DNA of 63,718 nucleotides, counting the filler, from Sphingomonadaceae bacterium (GTDB lineage Bacteria > Chloroflexota > UBA6077): the NCBI GenBank assembly GCA_050261575.1. It is 4 parts of 4 records of this genome, joined end to end, with 100 filler letters (N's around TTAATTAATTAA, not from the genome) between each part and the next. Parts side by side here need not be neighbours in the genome. Positions count along the whole stretch, not along the records: positions 18,875 to 37,121 come from JBLNDL010000032.1; positions 37,222 to 52,595 come from JBLNDL010000035.1; 2 more parts are not named here. One strand, 5' to 3'. The translations under genes were made by a program, and so were the position numbers. Below are positions 36,110 through 45,998 of the stretch, piece after piece (the first letter of the stretch is position 1; each line of letters begins with the position of its first letter). Under the pieces are notes generated by a model. It worked only from the letters and a program-made list of their open reading frames with translations, ran no database searches and was not told where the DNA came from.

Positions 36110-37054
36110 ATGCTCAGATACGTTGCTCGCCGGCTCGGCTTCGTGCTGCTGACCCTCCTGGCGGCGTCCATGGTGATCTTCTTCGTCACCCAGATGCTGC
36201 CGGGCGACGTGGCAACCATGATCGTCGGTCGATTCGCCAGCCCCGAGGTCCTCGCCCGCCTGCGGGCCGAGCTCGGACTGGATCGGCCGGTCCACGTCCA
36301 GTACCTGGATTGGCTCCGCCACTTCGTGACCGGAGACTGGGGCGAGTCGCTCGCCAGCGGCACACCCGTTCAGCCGATGGTCATGGAGCGGCTGCGAAAC
36401 TCGGCCATGCTGGCCGGAGTGGCCATGGCGATGAGCGTCCCGCTGGCCATTGCCCTGGGGGTGATAGCAGCCCTACGGCGCAACAGTTGGGTCGACCACC
36501 TGATCTCCGTGGTCTCTCTCGCACTGGTGGGGCTGCCGGAGTTCGTCACCGGCATGTTCCTGATAGGCGTCTTCGCCCTCACCTTCCACGCCCTGCCAGC
36601 CACCTCCTCCATCGAGCCCGACGCAACCTTCCTGCAGGCGCTGCCGAAGCTGATACTGCCCGGGGTGACGATCAGCCTGGTGATGCTGGCCTATGTAGCG
36701 CGAATGACCCGCTCCAGCACCATCGAGGTGCTGAAGACCGATTACACCCGAACAGCATTCCTGAAGGGGCTGCCTCGCCGCGAGGTGCTGCTCAAGCACG
36801 TGCTCCGCAACGCCCTGCTGCCCACCGTCACGATCGTCGCCATCAGCATCGGCTGGCTGATCGGCGGGCTGATCGTCACCGAGTCGGTCTTCGGCTACCC
36901 CGGCGTCGGCCGGCTGCTGCTCTACAGCATCCAGCGCCGCGACCTGCCAACCATCCAGGCGGTGACGATGGTAATCGTCACCATCTACACCCTCTCCAAT
37001 CTGATAGCCGACCTTCTCTACGCCTACCTCAACCCGCGGATACGGCTGTCGTAG
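36110..37054 (+). CDS. Peptide/nickel ABC permease (DppB/OppB type)
   Basis: LPGD, LGLDRPVHVQY, HVLRNALLP, ESVFGYPGVG, LNPRIR. Confidence 0.93.
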   Translation: MLRYVARRLGFVLLTLLAASMVIFFVTQMLPGDVATMIVGRFASPEVLARLRAELGLDRPVHVQYLDWLRHFVTGDWGESLASGTPVQPMVMERLRNSAMLAGVAMAMSVPLAIALGVIAALRRNSWVDHLISVVSLALVGLPEFVTGMFLIGVFALTFHALPATSSIEPDATFLQALPKLILPGVTISLVMLAYVARMTRSSTIEVLKTDYTRTAFLKGLPRREVLLKHVLRNALLPTVTIVAISIGWLIGGLIVTESVFGYPGVGRLLLYSIQRRDLPTIQAVTMVIVTIYTLSNLIADLLYAYLNPRIRLS

Positions 37055-37121
37055 CGAAAAGTAGGGGCGAGGGCACCCACCCCCGCGGGGTGGGAACGCC
37101 CCCCCACAGGACAGCCAAAGG

Positions 37122-37221
37122 NNNNNNNNNNNNNNNNNNNNNNNNNNNNNNNNNNNNNNNNNNNNTTAATTAATTAANNNNNNNNNNNNNNNNNNNNNNN
37201 NNNNNNNNNNNNNNNNNNNNN
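37122..37221. other. Assembly linker (contig join)
   Basis: N-run + TTAATTAATTAA + N-run. Confidence 0.98.
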
Positions 37222-37316
37222 GCCTGAACGCACGCTCACGAGGAAGGGGGGCGCCCCCCGCTCACGTAGCGTGGTGAGTGCGGGTTCGAAGAGGCACCAG
37301 CTATTCCACGCCCCTG

Positions 37317-37345
37317 TTGACCGAACGACGCCTCCATGCCACACT
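37317..37345 (+). promoter_or_regulatory. Putative sigma70 promoter of the USP gene
   Basis: TTGACC -17 nt- (TGc)CACACT. Confidence 0.4.
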
Positions 37346-37380
37346 TGTGCGACGAGTGCCGGAGACTGAGATGATCCCAC

Positions 37381-37440
37381 TCAGTCCTCAGCACCCAGTC
37401 CCAGTCCTCAGCACTTTGTCCTAGTCCTCAGCACTCAGTC
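37381..37440 (+). repeat. 3 x 20-bp tandem repeat
   Basis: TCAGTCCTCAGCACCCAGTC / CCAGTCCTCAGCACTTTGTC / CTAGTCCTCAGCACTCAGTC. Confidence 0.8.
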
Positions 37441-37457
37441 CCGACGAGGAGGCCCAC

Positions 37458-37892
37458 ATGTACAGTCGAATCCTGGTCCCGCTGGACGGATCCCCCCTTG
37501 CCGAGACGGCCATCACCCACGCCGAGCTGCTCGCCTCGGCGACGGGTGCTGAGCTGGAGCTGATACGGGTCGCCGTGCTCCGCTTCGTCCAGCAACCGGG
37601 CAAAGAGGGCTACGTGGTTCAGAACGGTGGAGACCGAGAGGAAGCCGAGGCATACCTGCAGGAGTGGCAACGGAGACTGAGCGACAATGGCATCAGGGCG
37701 ACCTACCAGGTGCGGGTCGGCAACGTCGCGGAGGAGATAGTGCAGTATGCGGCCGCCACTCGAGCCGACATCATCGTCATGTCCACCCACGGTCGCACCG
37801 GCGCCCGGCTGTGGGCCTACGGAAGCATAGCGGAGAAGGTGCTGCGGGTGGCCCCCTGCTCGGTCCTGGTCGTGCGCACCCGCACCGTGTAG
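37458..37892 (+). CDS. Universal stress protein
   Basis: MYSRILVPLDGS...MSTHGRTG...GSIAEKVLR. Confidence 0.93.
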   Translation: MYSRILVPLDGSPLAETAITHAELLASATGAELELIRVAVLRFVQQPGKEGYVVQNGGDREEAEAYLQEWQRRLSDNGIRATYQVRVGNVAEEIVQYAAATRADIIVMSTHGRTGARLWAYGSIAEKVLRVAPCSVLVVRTRTV

Positions 37893-38055
37893 AGGAAAGT
37901 CCTTGTGGTTCCCCCCGCACGCCCCAGCCGTGTGGGCCGCAGGCGGGATGGCGGCTCGCCCCGTGGCACGCGCGAGCGCAAAGCCTGCGGCTGCAGACGC
38001 GGGGACGGGCCGCCCCCCGGCCAGGGCAGTCCGCCCCCACGCCGACGCCGCTGCC

Positions 38056-38664
38056 CTAGACGGCTGCCGAGCAGCAGGGCCGCTCCCGCGGCCGCACCGT
38101 CAGCTCCAGCCGCTCCCAGCCCCCGTTGGGCGGCATCTTGCCCATCTCCTGCGGCAGATCCAGCCCTAGGTAGTGGCTACGAATCACCACCATCGCCGTC
38201 TTGTGGGTGACCACGCACACCGTCCCGCCGGGATGCCTCGCCGCCATCTCCTCCACTGCGGCGACCGCTCGGTCGTGAACCTCCAGTATCGTCTCGCCAC
38301 CGGGGGGGCGCATCCCTCGTGGGTCCACGGTCCATCGGTGATGAAGCTCGGGGCAGCGCTCGGCGATGCGGGAGGCCAGCATCCCCTCCCACTCCCCCAG
38401 GGCAATCTCCGCCAGACGAGGGTCCGTCCGCACCTCCAGCCCCTGTGCCCGGGCGATGGCGAGGGCCGTGTCCAGGGCACGCTGGAGAGGACTGGAGTAG
38501 ACGGCATCGATCCTCTCCCGGGTGAGCCGCTCCGCCACCCGCTCCGCCTGCCGCCGACCGGTGGCGTTGAGCGGCACGTCCGCGCTGCCCTGATACCGCC
38601 CCTCCAGGTTCCAGTCGGTCTCCCCGTGCCGAACCAGCAGGAGCGCCAACCTCTCCCCCGTCAC
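38056..38664 (-). CDS. Histidine phosphatase (probable glucosyl-3-phosphoglycerate phosphatase)
   Basis: RHGETDWN, YSSPLQRA, LAEIALGEWEG, VVTH; GTGA overlap with the gpgS stop. Confidence 0.88.
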   Translation of the reverse strand: MTGERLALLLVRHGETDWNLEGRYQGSADVPLNATGRRQAERVAERLTRERIDAVYSSPLQRALDTALAIARAQGLEVRTDPRLAEIALGEWEGMLASRIAERCPELHHRWTVDPRGMRPPGGETILEVHDRAVAAVEEMAARHPGGTVCVVTHKTAMVVIRSHYLGLDLPQEMGKMPPNGGWERLELTVRPRERPCCSAAV

Positions 38665-40556
38665 GACAGCCCCCGCATCCGTCGATACTCGGGCACGGTG
38701 ACCATGGGCGGCCTCTCCGCGTCTCGCAGTTCCTTCACCACGAGGTGGAACTGATCCCTCGTGTGCTGGATCAGCTTCATGCTGCAGTTGAGGTCGGTCA
38801 TCAGTCGAAGCCGCTGCTGATCCTCGACCCGCTTCAGCACAACCTGGATCAAGGTGAAGGCCATCTTGCTGAGGGAGGCCAGCGATTGGTTCCGGTGAAC
38901 CCGACGTCTCAGATCCACCTGGCCGATCGAGTGGAGGCCGAACGATTCCAGGAAGTCGATGAGCAGCCCCGTCTCCACCCCATAGCCGGTGAAGAAGGGC
39001 ACCCTCTCCAGGGCCTCCCGCCGCCCGGCGTACTCGCCGGCCAGCGGCTGCACGATGCCCGACAGCTCGGGGTAGAAGAGGTTCAGCATCGGGCGGGCCG
39101 TGAGTTCCGTCACGCGGCCGCCGCCGGTGCTGAGGGTCTTGCGGCCGACCCGAATCGGGCGCCGGTAGAACCCCTTGACGTACTTGACCCTGGGGTGCTG
39201 CAGCAGCGGCCCCAGCAGGCCGTAAACGAACCTGGGGTGGATGTTCCGGATGTCGGTGTCTATCCAGGCGACGATGTCGCCCTTCAGCACGTGGAGGCTC
39301 TTCCAGAGGGCCTCGCCCTTGCCCGGTATGCAACCGAAGCGAGGCAGGATCTCCTGGTGCCGGTAGACCGGGATCCCATGCTCGCGGGCGATCTCCACGG
39401 TCCGGTCGGTCGACCCGCTATCTATCAACACCATCTCGTCCAGCAGGGGATAGCGCTCCATCAACTCCGCCTTGATGGAGCCGATGATCTGCCCGATGGT
39501 CGCCTCCTCGTTCAGGGCGGGCAGACCCAGGCTGATGGTCACCCCCTGGGACTTCTTCATCTGCACCAGCAGGTCCAAGTTCGCCCACTCGTCGCCGTCG
39601 AAGGTGTTCTCGGCGAACCACTTGTCCACCAGGGTGGAGATCGGCATCGCCGCGCGGGAGCGTTCCTCCTGGAACAGCCTCCCCCAGTCCGGCCTCAGCC
39701 CCTCCACGGGCTCCTTGGTCTTCACCACGATGACCTGGCGATCGACCTCACGCACGACCCTCTCCGCGATCGAGCCGAACAGGTAGGGCTCCGACGGCGA
39801 GGGGGCGGCTGAGGCGCCCATCACCACGACCTGGTGGTTGGGAGCCTCCACCAGAATGGCCTGGGCCACCGATTCCGACACCTTGAAGGCCCTCTCCACC
39901 CGGTGGCTGGGCACCGACGCCAGGAAGTTGTTGAAGTGATCCTTCTCCCTCTCCACGTCCTCCACGGTGAGCCCGGGTGGCACCACCCGCAGCGCCGTCA
40001 CGGTTCCGTCGTATCGCTCGGCCAGCCCAACCGCCAGCCGGAGGGCCAGCGCGGCGTGCGGCCCGCCACGAACCGGCAGCAGGATCCGCTTGCAGTTCCC
40101 CACGGGGTTCTGCTTCACCATGGCGATGTCGCAGGGAGGGTTCCTGACGATCTCGTCGATGGTCGTCCCGAAGATGGCGTTCGGGGTGGAGGTCGATCCC
40201 TTCCAGCTCAGCAGCAGCAGGTTGGCAGACTCCTCCCTTGCCGCGTCCGAGATCCCCTGCCACACCTGCCGGGAGACCCTTACCAGGGTTGCGATCTCCA
40301 GATCCGGAGACTTGGCAGCCATCCTGAAGATGCGACCTAGCCTCTGGCGATGAGCCTGGGCCGGCCGGGCACCGTGGCTGAAGTCCACATCCTCTGGCAC
40401 CTCCACGACCCCAAGGGCAACCACCCTGCCCCGCCGTTCGCCACTCTGTACCGGCATCAGTGTCCCCGCGATCTTGATCAGGTCGCCCGCGGACCGCATG
40501 TCGGAAAGAGGCACCAGTATCGTGAACTCTCGCTCGGCGCTTCCTGCCATCTCCAT
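38661..40556 (-). CDS. gpgS: USP-USP / glucosyl-3-phosphoglycerate synthase fusion
   Basis: Two USP-like domains, then LPALNEE.TIG, DSGSTD, GKGEALWKS, GGRVTELTARP, QPLAGEYAGRR, YGVETG, RVHRNQ. Confidence 0.9.
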   Translation of the reverse strand: MEMAGSAEREFTILVPLSDMRSAGDLIKIAGTLMPVQSGERRGRVVALGVVEVPEDVDFSHGARPAQAHRQRLGRIFRMAAKSPDLEIATLVRVSRQVWQGISDAAREESANLLLLSWKGSTSTPNAIFGTTIDEIVRNPPCDIAMVKQNPVGNCKRILLPVRGGPHAALALRLAVGLAERYDGTVTALRVVPPGLTVEDVEREKDHFNNFLASVPSHRVERAFKVSESVAQAILVEAPNHQVVVMGASAAPSPSEPYLFGSIAERVVREVDRQVIVVKTKEPVEGLRPDWGRLFQEERSRAAMPISTLVDKWFAENTFDGDEWANLDLLVQMKKSQGVTISLGLPALNEEATIGQIIGSIKAELMERYPLLDEMVLIDSGSTDRTVEIAREHGIPVYRHQEILPRFGCIPGKGEALWKSLHVLKGDIVAWIDTDIRNIHPRFVYGLLGPLLQHPRVKYVKGFYRRPIRVGRKTLSTGGGRVTELTARPMLNLFYPELSGIVQPLAGEYAGRREALERVPFFTGYGVETGLLIDFLESFGLHSIGQVDLRRRVHRNQSLASLSKMAFTLIQVVLKRVEDQQRLRLMTDLNCSMKLIQHTRDQFHLVVKELRDAERPPMVTVPEYRRMRGLS

Positions 40557-40694
40557 CTCCTAGCTTCGAGTATTCTGCCACGGCCGTGCACAGGCAGGGG
40601 GCTTCCCTCCGATTCCACGTGGCATCGGAGGCGAACTCCGACGTGGCACCGACGCGGGCGGGTAGAGCCCCCCCGCATCACCGGGGGCACCGAT

Positions 40695-41933
40695 TCAGCT
40701 CACCAGCGGCTCGATCAGCCTCGCGAAGACGGACTCCCACGAGTAGTGGGCGAGAACCCTCTTTCGAAGTCGGTAGACCCCGTCACCCTGCATCCAGGCG
40801 CGGATTCGCTCCGCCACAGCAGCAGGTTTCTCTTCCAGATCGAAGTAGTGAACGGCGTCGAGGCCGATCTCCCGGAAAGGGGGAATGTCGGAGCAGAACA
40901 CCGGGAGTCTGAACAGCCCCGCCTCCAGCAGAGGAATCCCGAATCCTTCCTGAGAGCTGCTGAACAGCAGCAGATCGCTGAGGGAGTAGAGATCGTACAT
41001 CATCAGGTCGCTCACCGGGTAGGCGTCACCGGAGGAGACCGCCTGCTCGAACAGGAAGATCACCTCCTCCTCCAGCTCCAGCTCGCGCCGAAGGGCGCGC
41101 AACTCCGCCACGTAGTCGCCCGACCGCACGTTGTGAGGGCCTGGCGGGCCGGTGACCACCAGCTTGGCTCGCACCCCCTGCTGTGACAGCGCACCCGCGA
41201 TGCGGATGCTCATCTCCAGGTTCTTGCGCTTGGTGATCCGCACCGGGGCGAGCATCACGAGGTCGGCATCGAGGAGCCCCATCCTGCGCACGAGATCGGT
41301 CGTCTCGGGCTGCAGCTTCAACTGGACCGCCGGATCCACCCCCGCGGGGATCACCCGCAGCCGCTCCGGAGATAGGTCGAACAACTCCGATAGCTCCCGC
41401 TGCCGCCCGGCAGACACCACGACATAGCGCACCTGAGCCAGGGGCCGCTTCAACAGCCGCCACGGGTACTCGTCGCGCATCTTGGGGATGTACAACTCGT
41501 TGGTCCAGGAGAGGTCGTGGCACCAGGCCACGAAACGGGGTCCCCCATCCCGAGCGGCCAGGCGATGCAGAGCGGCCGTCAGCGGCAGATTGAAGTGCAG
41601 GGTGAAGGCGTTGTGGACCACGCAGACCTCCACGCCTGCCAGTGCGGAGATAAGAAGCTGTTCGATCCGATCGACCGCGCGGTGGAAGCGGAGGCTCACC
41701 ACGCCCCTGTCGAGTTCCTCGTTGAGCGCCAACAACTCCGGATCCTTGGAGTATAGAGGCGAAAGCACCTCCACCGGGACGTCTGCGCGGAAAGGCTCCC
41801 CCTTCCCCGTGACGACCCGGACCGGGTATCCCCGGTCGGCAAACAGCCCGGCATGGACGGCGATCAACTGTTCGACGCCGCCAACCACTGGAGGACAGGT
41901 GTAGTGAAGGATCGCGACCGTGGGCTTCTGCAA
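40695..41933 (-). CDS. GT4 glycosyltransferase (possible mannosylglucosylglycerate-type synthase)
   Basis: ILHYTCPPVVGGVE, PVRITKRKNLE, EGFGIPLLEAG. Confidence 0.85.
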   Translation of the reverse strand: MQKPTVAILHYTCPPVVGGVEQLIAVHAGLFADRGYPVRVVTGKGEPFRADVPVEVLSPLYSKDPELLALNEELDRGVVSLRFHRAVDRIEQLLISALAGVEVCVVHNAFTLHFNLPLTAALHRLAARDGGPRFVAWCHDLSWTNELYIPKMRDEYPWRLLKRPLAQVRYVVVSAGRQRELSELFDLSPERLRVIPAGVDPAVQLKLQPETTDLVRRMGLLDADLVMLAPVRITKRKNLEMSIRIAGALSQQGVRAKLVVTGPPGPHNVRSGDYVAELRALRRELELEEEVIFLFEQAVSSGDAYPVSDLMMYDLYSLSDLLLFSSSQEGFGIPLLEAGLFRLPVFCSDIPPFREIGLDAVHYFDLEEKPAAVAERIRAWMQGDGVYRLRKRVLAHYSWESVFARLIEPLVS

Positions 41934-42366
41934 GGCGAGGCCTCCTCGAGGATATCTTAGCCGTTGCTTATTCGTTCCCGCAAGCACTATAGGGCTCACA
42001 GCAGCATGGGCTGCCCGAAACGCCCGTTGAAGGCAACCGGCTCGTTCAGCCGTCGGCTATCAGCGGTCAGCCACCAGACACAGGCTTTCGGCCTGCCTGG
42101 AGTGGGGCACGCCGCCGCCTGCCGTTGGGCGGTCTCCCCGGAGGGCAAGTCCCTCAGAAGAGCGGGCCTGCCACTGCCTTCGATCCGGTTCACCACGAAG
42201 CTCGCCCTCCCAGACCGAATCGGTAGCCCCGCCTTCGTCGTCGGGAGGCTCGACCTCCGGAGCCATCGTGTCCCGGAGGCTTGAGCGCTGGGACAGATAG
42301 TGCATATACTCGAACCGGCCGCTGACCTGGATGGCCGACCGCCGATGGTTGACTGCTGACAGCTTG

Positions 42367-43509
42367 ATGGCCAACATCCGAACCGTCGTGCTAGAAGGGG
42401 ATCCCTCCCAAGTCGGGCTGGCCCACGGGAAGGCGCTGGCGGGCGACATCCGGCGCACGATCGAGCACGCCCATAGGCACGTCTTTCGTAGAGTCGGCCC
42501 CGCGCGAGGCCTCGGCCTGCGGATGGTCGCTCTCGCACTGGCCCTGGCCATGAACCGCCACATCCCGCCCCACCTCCGCTGCGAGATGATGGGGATAGCC
42601 AAGGGCAGCGGCGTGGGCTACCTGGACCTCCTACTGATCAACGCCCTGGACGACGTGTTGAACATCCTCAGGAGGCTCGCGCCGCGCGTACCCAGCCTAG
42701 CATGCTCCAGCTTCGCCCTCTTCGGTGACCGCTGTGCCGGCGGCCTGCTGATGCACGGCCGGAACCTGGACTACCATTTTCGGAACACCCCACTCGACGA
42801 TGGTGGACAGGTAGCCAGGTTAATGCTTCGGGAGAGCCTACTCTTCGTCTACCGGCCCGTCGGCCGGGCGGCCTTCGTGGCGGTGGGCTGGCCCGGCCTG
42901 GTAGGCGTCACCACCGCCATCAACGAGCGAGGCATCTCACTCGGAAACCACACCTCCTACCTGCAGGGCACCACCCCCAACGGCATCCCAACCGGGATCC
43001 TCTACCGCCTCGCCATGGAGGAGTCCGCGACCCTGGCGGACGTCGGGCGTCTCCTGCGCCGGTCGCCACGCACCATCGGCAACAACCTGGTCGTCGGATC
43101 CGGCAGGGAGAACAGGGCCAACCTGTTCGAGATCACCCGCGACACGGTGGTGGAGATCGCCCCGAACGACGGCCTCGTCGTGGCCACAAACCACTTCGTG
43201 AGTCCCGCCCTGGCCCAGAAGCAACGCCCTTACCTGCTGCCCCACTCGGTGGCTCGCTGGAAGCGGCTGCTGGCCCAATGCGACCGGCGCGGACTGGGGG
43301 TGCGGGAAGCCCTCGACTTGCTGGGCGACGCGGAGGTCAGAGAGAAGGCGGGTAGCGGGAGTCCCTTCGCCAGGATTGCCAACGAGGGCACAGCGGTCAG
43401 CGTGCTCTTCAGGCCCGCGGAGATGGTTCTGTGGATCGGGAGGGCAACGGAGCCGCCCGCATCCCGAGGAGAGTTCCTGCCGATCGACGCCGGGGCGCTG
43501 CTGGGCTGA
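42367..43509 (+). CDS. C45 family autoproteolytic acyltransferase/peptidase
   Basis: G..HG, ACSSFA nucleophile Cys, HGRNLDY, INERG, ATNHF. Confidence 0.85.
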   Translation: MANIRTVVLEGDPSQVGLAHGKALAGDIRRTIEHAHRHVFRRVGPARGLGLRMVALALALAMNRHIPPHLRCEMMGIAKGSGVGYLDLLLINALDDVLNILRRLAPRVPSLACSSFALFGDRCAGGLLMHGRNLDYHFRNTPLDDGGQVARLMLRESLLFVYRPVGRAAFVAVGWPGLVGVTTAINERGISLGNHTSYLQGTTPNGIPTGILYRLAMEESATLADVGRLLRRSPRTIGNNLVVGSGRENRANLFEITRDTVVEIAPNDGLVVATNHFVSPALAQKQRPYLLPHSVARWKRLLAQCDRRGLGVREALDLLGDAEVREKAGSGSPFARIANEGTAVSVLFRPAEMVLWIGRATEPPASRGEFLPIDAGALLG

Positions 43510-43581
43510 GATGACACGCGCCGAATTCTCAGGATACATCCTGAAAGCTCGGGGTGTGTAGTGTGGAAAAGGGTGCCCACG

Positions 43582-44316
43582 CTATCGAAGAATCGCGATT
43601 ACGCAGATCGCTAGGAGGGCACTGCCTCCCATGGCCAGGAGGTCCACACGCCGGATCTGCATATCACCCCCCACAGCACGACTATCCAGTCGATAGCCGC
43701 GAGACAAGAGGGCAATCGCCATCTCGTCTGCGGCGACGAGCAGGCGACGGAGAAGAGGAACGGGCAAGACGGACAGACGCCGAACCTGATCGATCGGGTT
43801 TCTCCCATACCTCGCACCACGGAGGTACATCGCCGTCTCGGTCGCCGCAAGCTCCGCCTTGAGGATCGGAACGAATCGAAAAACCAGCGTTACGACGAAC
43901 ACCAGCGATGGTACGTCTACCCTTAGATGGCGCATGGGGGAGATGATCCAACTGAGCGCGGCTGCCAGTCTGGCAGGTGGGGTGGTAGCCGCGAGCAGAG
44001 CCCCCAGTGCAACCAGTTCAACCATCCGTATCCCGGACTTCGCTCCAACGTCGAGACCACCGACGCTGATTGGCAGCAACCCTCCCAGCACTATCCTCTC
44101 ACCTGGCGAGGCTAGGGCCGAAAAGGCGGCGATTCCGAAGCCGAGCAGGGTGACAGGGAAGATGCCCCGGGCAACGGCCCTCCACTGTCCAGTCAACCAC
44201 GTTCCCAGCAGCAGAATCAGTACGTAGACCCCTAGCCCTGCCCACGAGGGTGTGAGCAGGAGCGGGAACATCAGGAAGAGGGTCGAGATCAGTTTGGATC
44301 GCGGGTCAAGCGACAT
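43582..44316 (-). CDS. ecfT: ECF transporter T component
   Basis: LDPRSKL, RFVP, LRGA and SRGY motifs. Confidence 0.88.
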   Translation of the reverse strand: MSLDPRSKLISTLFLMFPLLLTPSWAGLGVYVLILLLGTWLTGQWRAVARGIFPVTLLGFGIAAFSALASPGERIVLGGLLPISVGGLDVGAKSGIRMVELVALGALLAATTPPARLAAALSWIISPMRHLRVDVPSLVFVVTLVFRFVPILKAELAATETAMYLRGARYGRNPIDQVRRLSVLPVPLLRRLLVAADEMAIALLSRGYRLDSRAVGGDMQIRRVDLLAMGGSALLAICVIAILR

Positions 44317-45188
44317 GCGATCTCCAGTGAGACTTCGTGTCCGTCTGGATGGCTCAGGTGGCCAAGTATCGAGTCAGCCAGCCTGTCTGGGGTCGACCAT
44401 TCCAGAGCCGGCCAGCCGCGCTCTTGGAGACATCTTGCGACCGATGCGATCCCGGGCGGCTCGACGCCACACGCAGACAGCAACGAGAGGTCGGCAAGAA
44501 TGTCACAGGGGTTGCCGTCACCGACCATGCGTCCTTCCCGAAAGAGGAGGATCCTATCTACGATGGGCAAGAGCGGTTCGATAGAATGGCTCGTCACGAC
44601 CACGCCGGCTCCGTTCGAGCGAAGGCTGCCCAGCATCTGGAGCAGCGCACGACGTCCTGGGGCGTCCAGGCCAGCAAGGGGCTCATCCAACAACAGGAAG
44701 CACGGTTTCATCACCAGGCAGCATGCTATCGCAAGTCGTCGCTTTTCGCCGGCACTGAGCTGCTGTGGGTGCCTGGGGGCATATGCCTGGGGATCGAGGC
44801 CGACTGCCAGGAGCGCCGACTCAACCTCTTGCCTTATCGAGTCTTGTCGAGGTCGGCGCCCGAGAGGCATCCTTCTCGATCTGTTGGTTTGGCGTGATCC
44901 GAAGGCGACCTCGTCGAATACGCTTCCGCAGAAGAGTTGACGTTCTGGCTGTTGAAGGGCCAGGCTGGTGAGAACACCGTCTCGAGCGCCACCATCGAAC
45001 ACAATCTGGCCGGACGACGGCTTCAGCAACCCAGCCATCAGATGCAACAGCGTGGATTTCCCCGCGCCGCTATGCCCGAGAACCAGGACAGCTTCACCGG
45101 TATGAAGCCTGACAGAGACGTCCTCCAGGGCAAGTCTGTCCGCGGAGGCGGCATAGCTATAGCTTACGTTTTGCAGTTCAACCTGCAT
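44289..45188 (-). CDS. ecfA: ECF transporter ATPase A'
   Basis: GHSGAGKST, QQPERQLF, LSAGEKRR, LDEPLAGLD. Confidence 0.88.
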   Translation of the reverse strand: MQVELQNVSYSYAASADRLALEDVSVRLHTGEAVLVLGHSGAGKSTLLHLMAGLLKPSSGQIVFDGGARDGVLTSLALQQPERQLFCGSVFDEVAFGSRQTNRSRRMPLGRRPRQDSIRQEVESALLAVGLDPQAYAPRHPQQLSAGEKRRLAIACCLVMKPCFLLLDEPLAGLDAPGRRALLQMLGSLRSNGAGVVVTSHSIEPLLPIVDRILLFREGRMVGDGNPCDILADLSLLSACGVEPPGIASVARCLQERGWPALEWSTPDRLADSILGHLSHPDGHEVSLEIACRLTRDPN

Positions 45189-45991
45189 ATGTCATCGACC
45201 AACTGCTCGGCGTCGAGAGTAAGGCTCACCGGCTTGCCGGCATCACGCAGACGGACTGCCAGTGATGCAACACCTGGGATATCGAAGGCCTGAGGGATGG
45301 TGTTCACCAGCGATCGAAGGGCCCCGTCGCGTGATTCGTCCATTGCGATCCTCCCCGATTGGAGCCAGAGCACTCTGTCAGCCAAGGCGAGGTCTTCGAC
45401 GTCGTGAGTGGTCAGCAAGACGGACATCTGGAGTTCCTTGGTGAGATCGCGAAGCGTGCCGAGAATGCGACGTCGTCTGGCAACATCTACCATCGCCAGC
45501 GCCTCGTCCAATATGAGGAAACGCGGTTGCACTGCTATCGCACCGGCCAACCTCACCAACTGGAGCTCGCCTCCAGAGAGACCGTGGACCGAGCGGTGCC
45601 TGTAAGCATCGATATCTAGCAGGGACAGTGACCAATCGACGCGATCCATCAGCGATTGCCCGGATAGCCCCACGTTCCGCAATCCCAGCTCGATATCCTG
45701 GCTCACCGTGTCTCCGATGATCTGCCAGTGTGGATCGTGCAGCACGAGGTGGACGAGCGTTGGCAGAGTCCCGGTCTCCACGAGCGTGGCAACGCTGACC
45801 CCGTCCAACTCGATCCTGCCGGCACTTGGCAGATAGATGCCGCTCAGTAGCCTGCACAGTGTGGATTTTCCGCAGCCGTTGTGGCCCAGTATCGTGCAGA
45901 ATTCACCGGAGGGCAGGGTGAGGTTTAGGTCGTTCAGAACCCAAGGTGACTGGTGGTCGAACCTGAAGGCAACCGACCGACAGGTGAGCAT
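45164..45991 (-). CDS. ecfA: ECF transporter ATPase A (divergent motifs)
   Basis: GHNGCGKST, LSGGELQ, ILDEALAMVD. Confidence 0.85.
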   Translation of the reverse strand: MLTCRSVAFRFDHQSPWVLNDLNLTLPSGEFCTILGHNGCGKSTLCRLLSGIYLPSAGRIELDGVSVATLVETGTLPTLVHLVLHDPHWQIIGDTVSQDIELGLRNVGLSGQSLMDRVDWSLSLLDIDAYRHRSVHGLSGGELQLVRLAGAIAVQPRFLILDEALAMVDVARRRRILGTLRDLTKELQMSVLLTTHDVEDLALADRVLWLQSGRIAMDESRDGALRSLVNTIPQAFDIPGVASLAVRLRDAGKPVSLTLDAEQLVDDICRLNCKT

Positions 45992-45998
45992 CGATGGT

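Noticed and set aside
37273..37298. GCGGGTTCGAA tRNA T-arm-like string
   Set aside because: No complementary T-stem or cloverleaf.
37381..37440. Possible mini-CRISPR
   Set aside because: Units are contiguous with no unique spacers, and there are no cas genes.
37892..37903. GAGGAAAGTCC, an RNase P RNA hallmark
   Set aside because: No downstream RNase P helices or conserved motifs, and only ~160 nt before the next gene.
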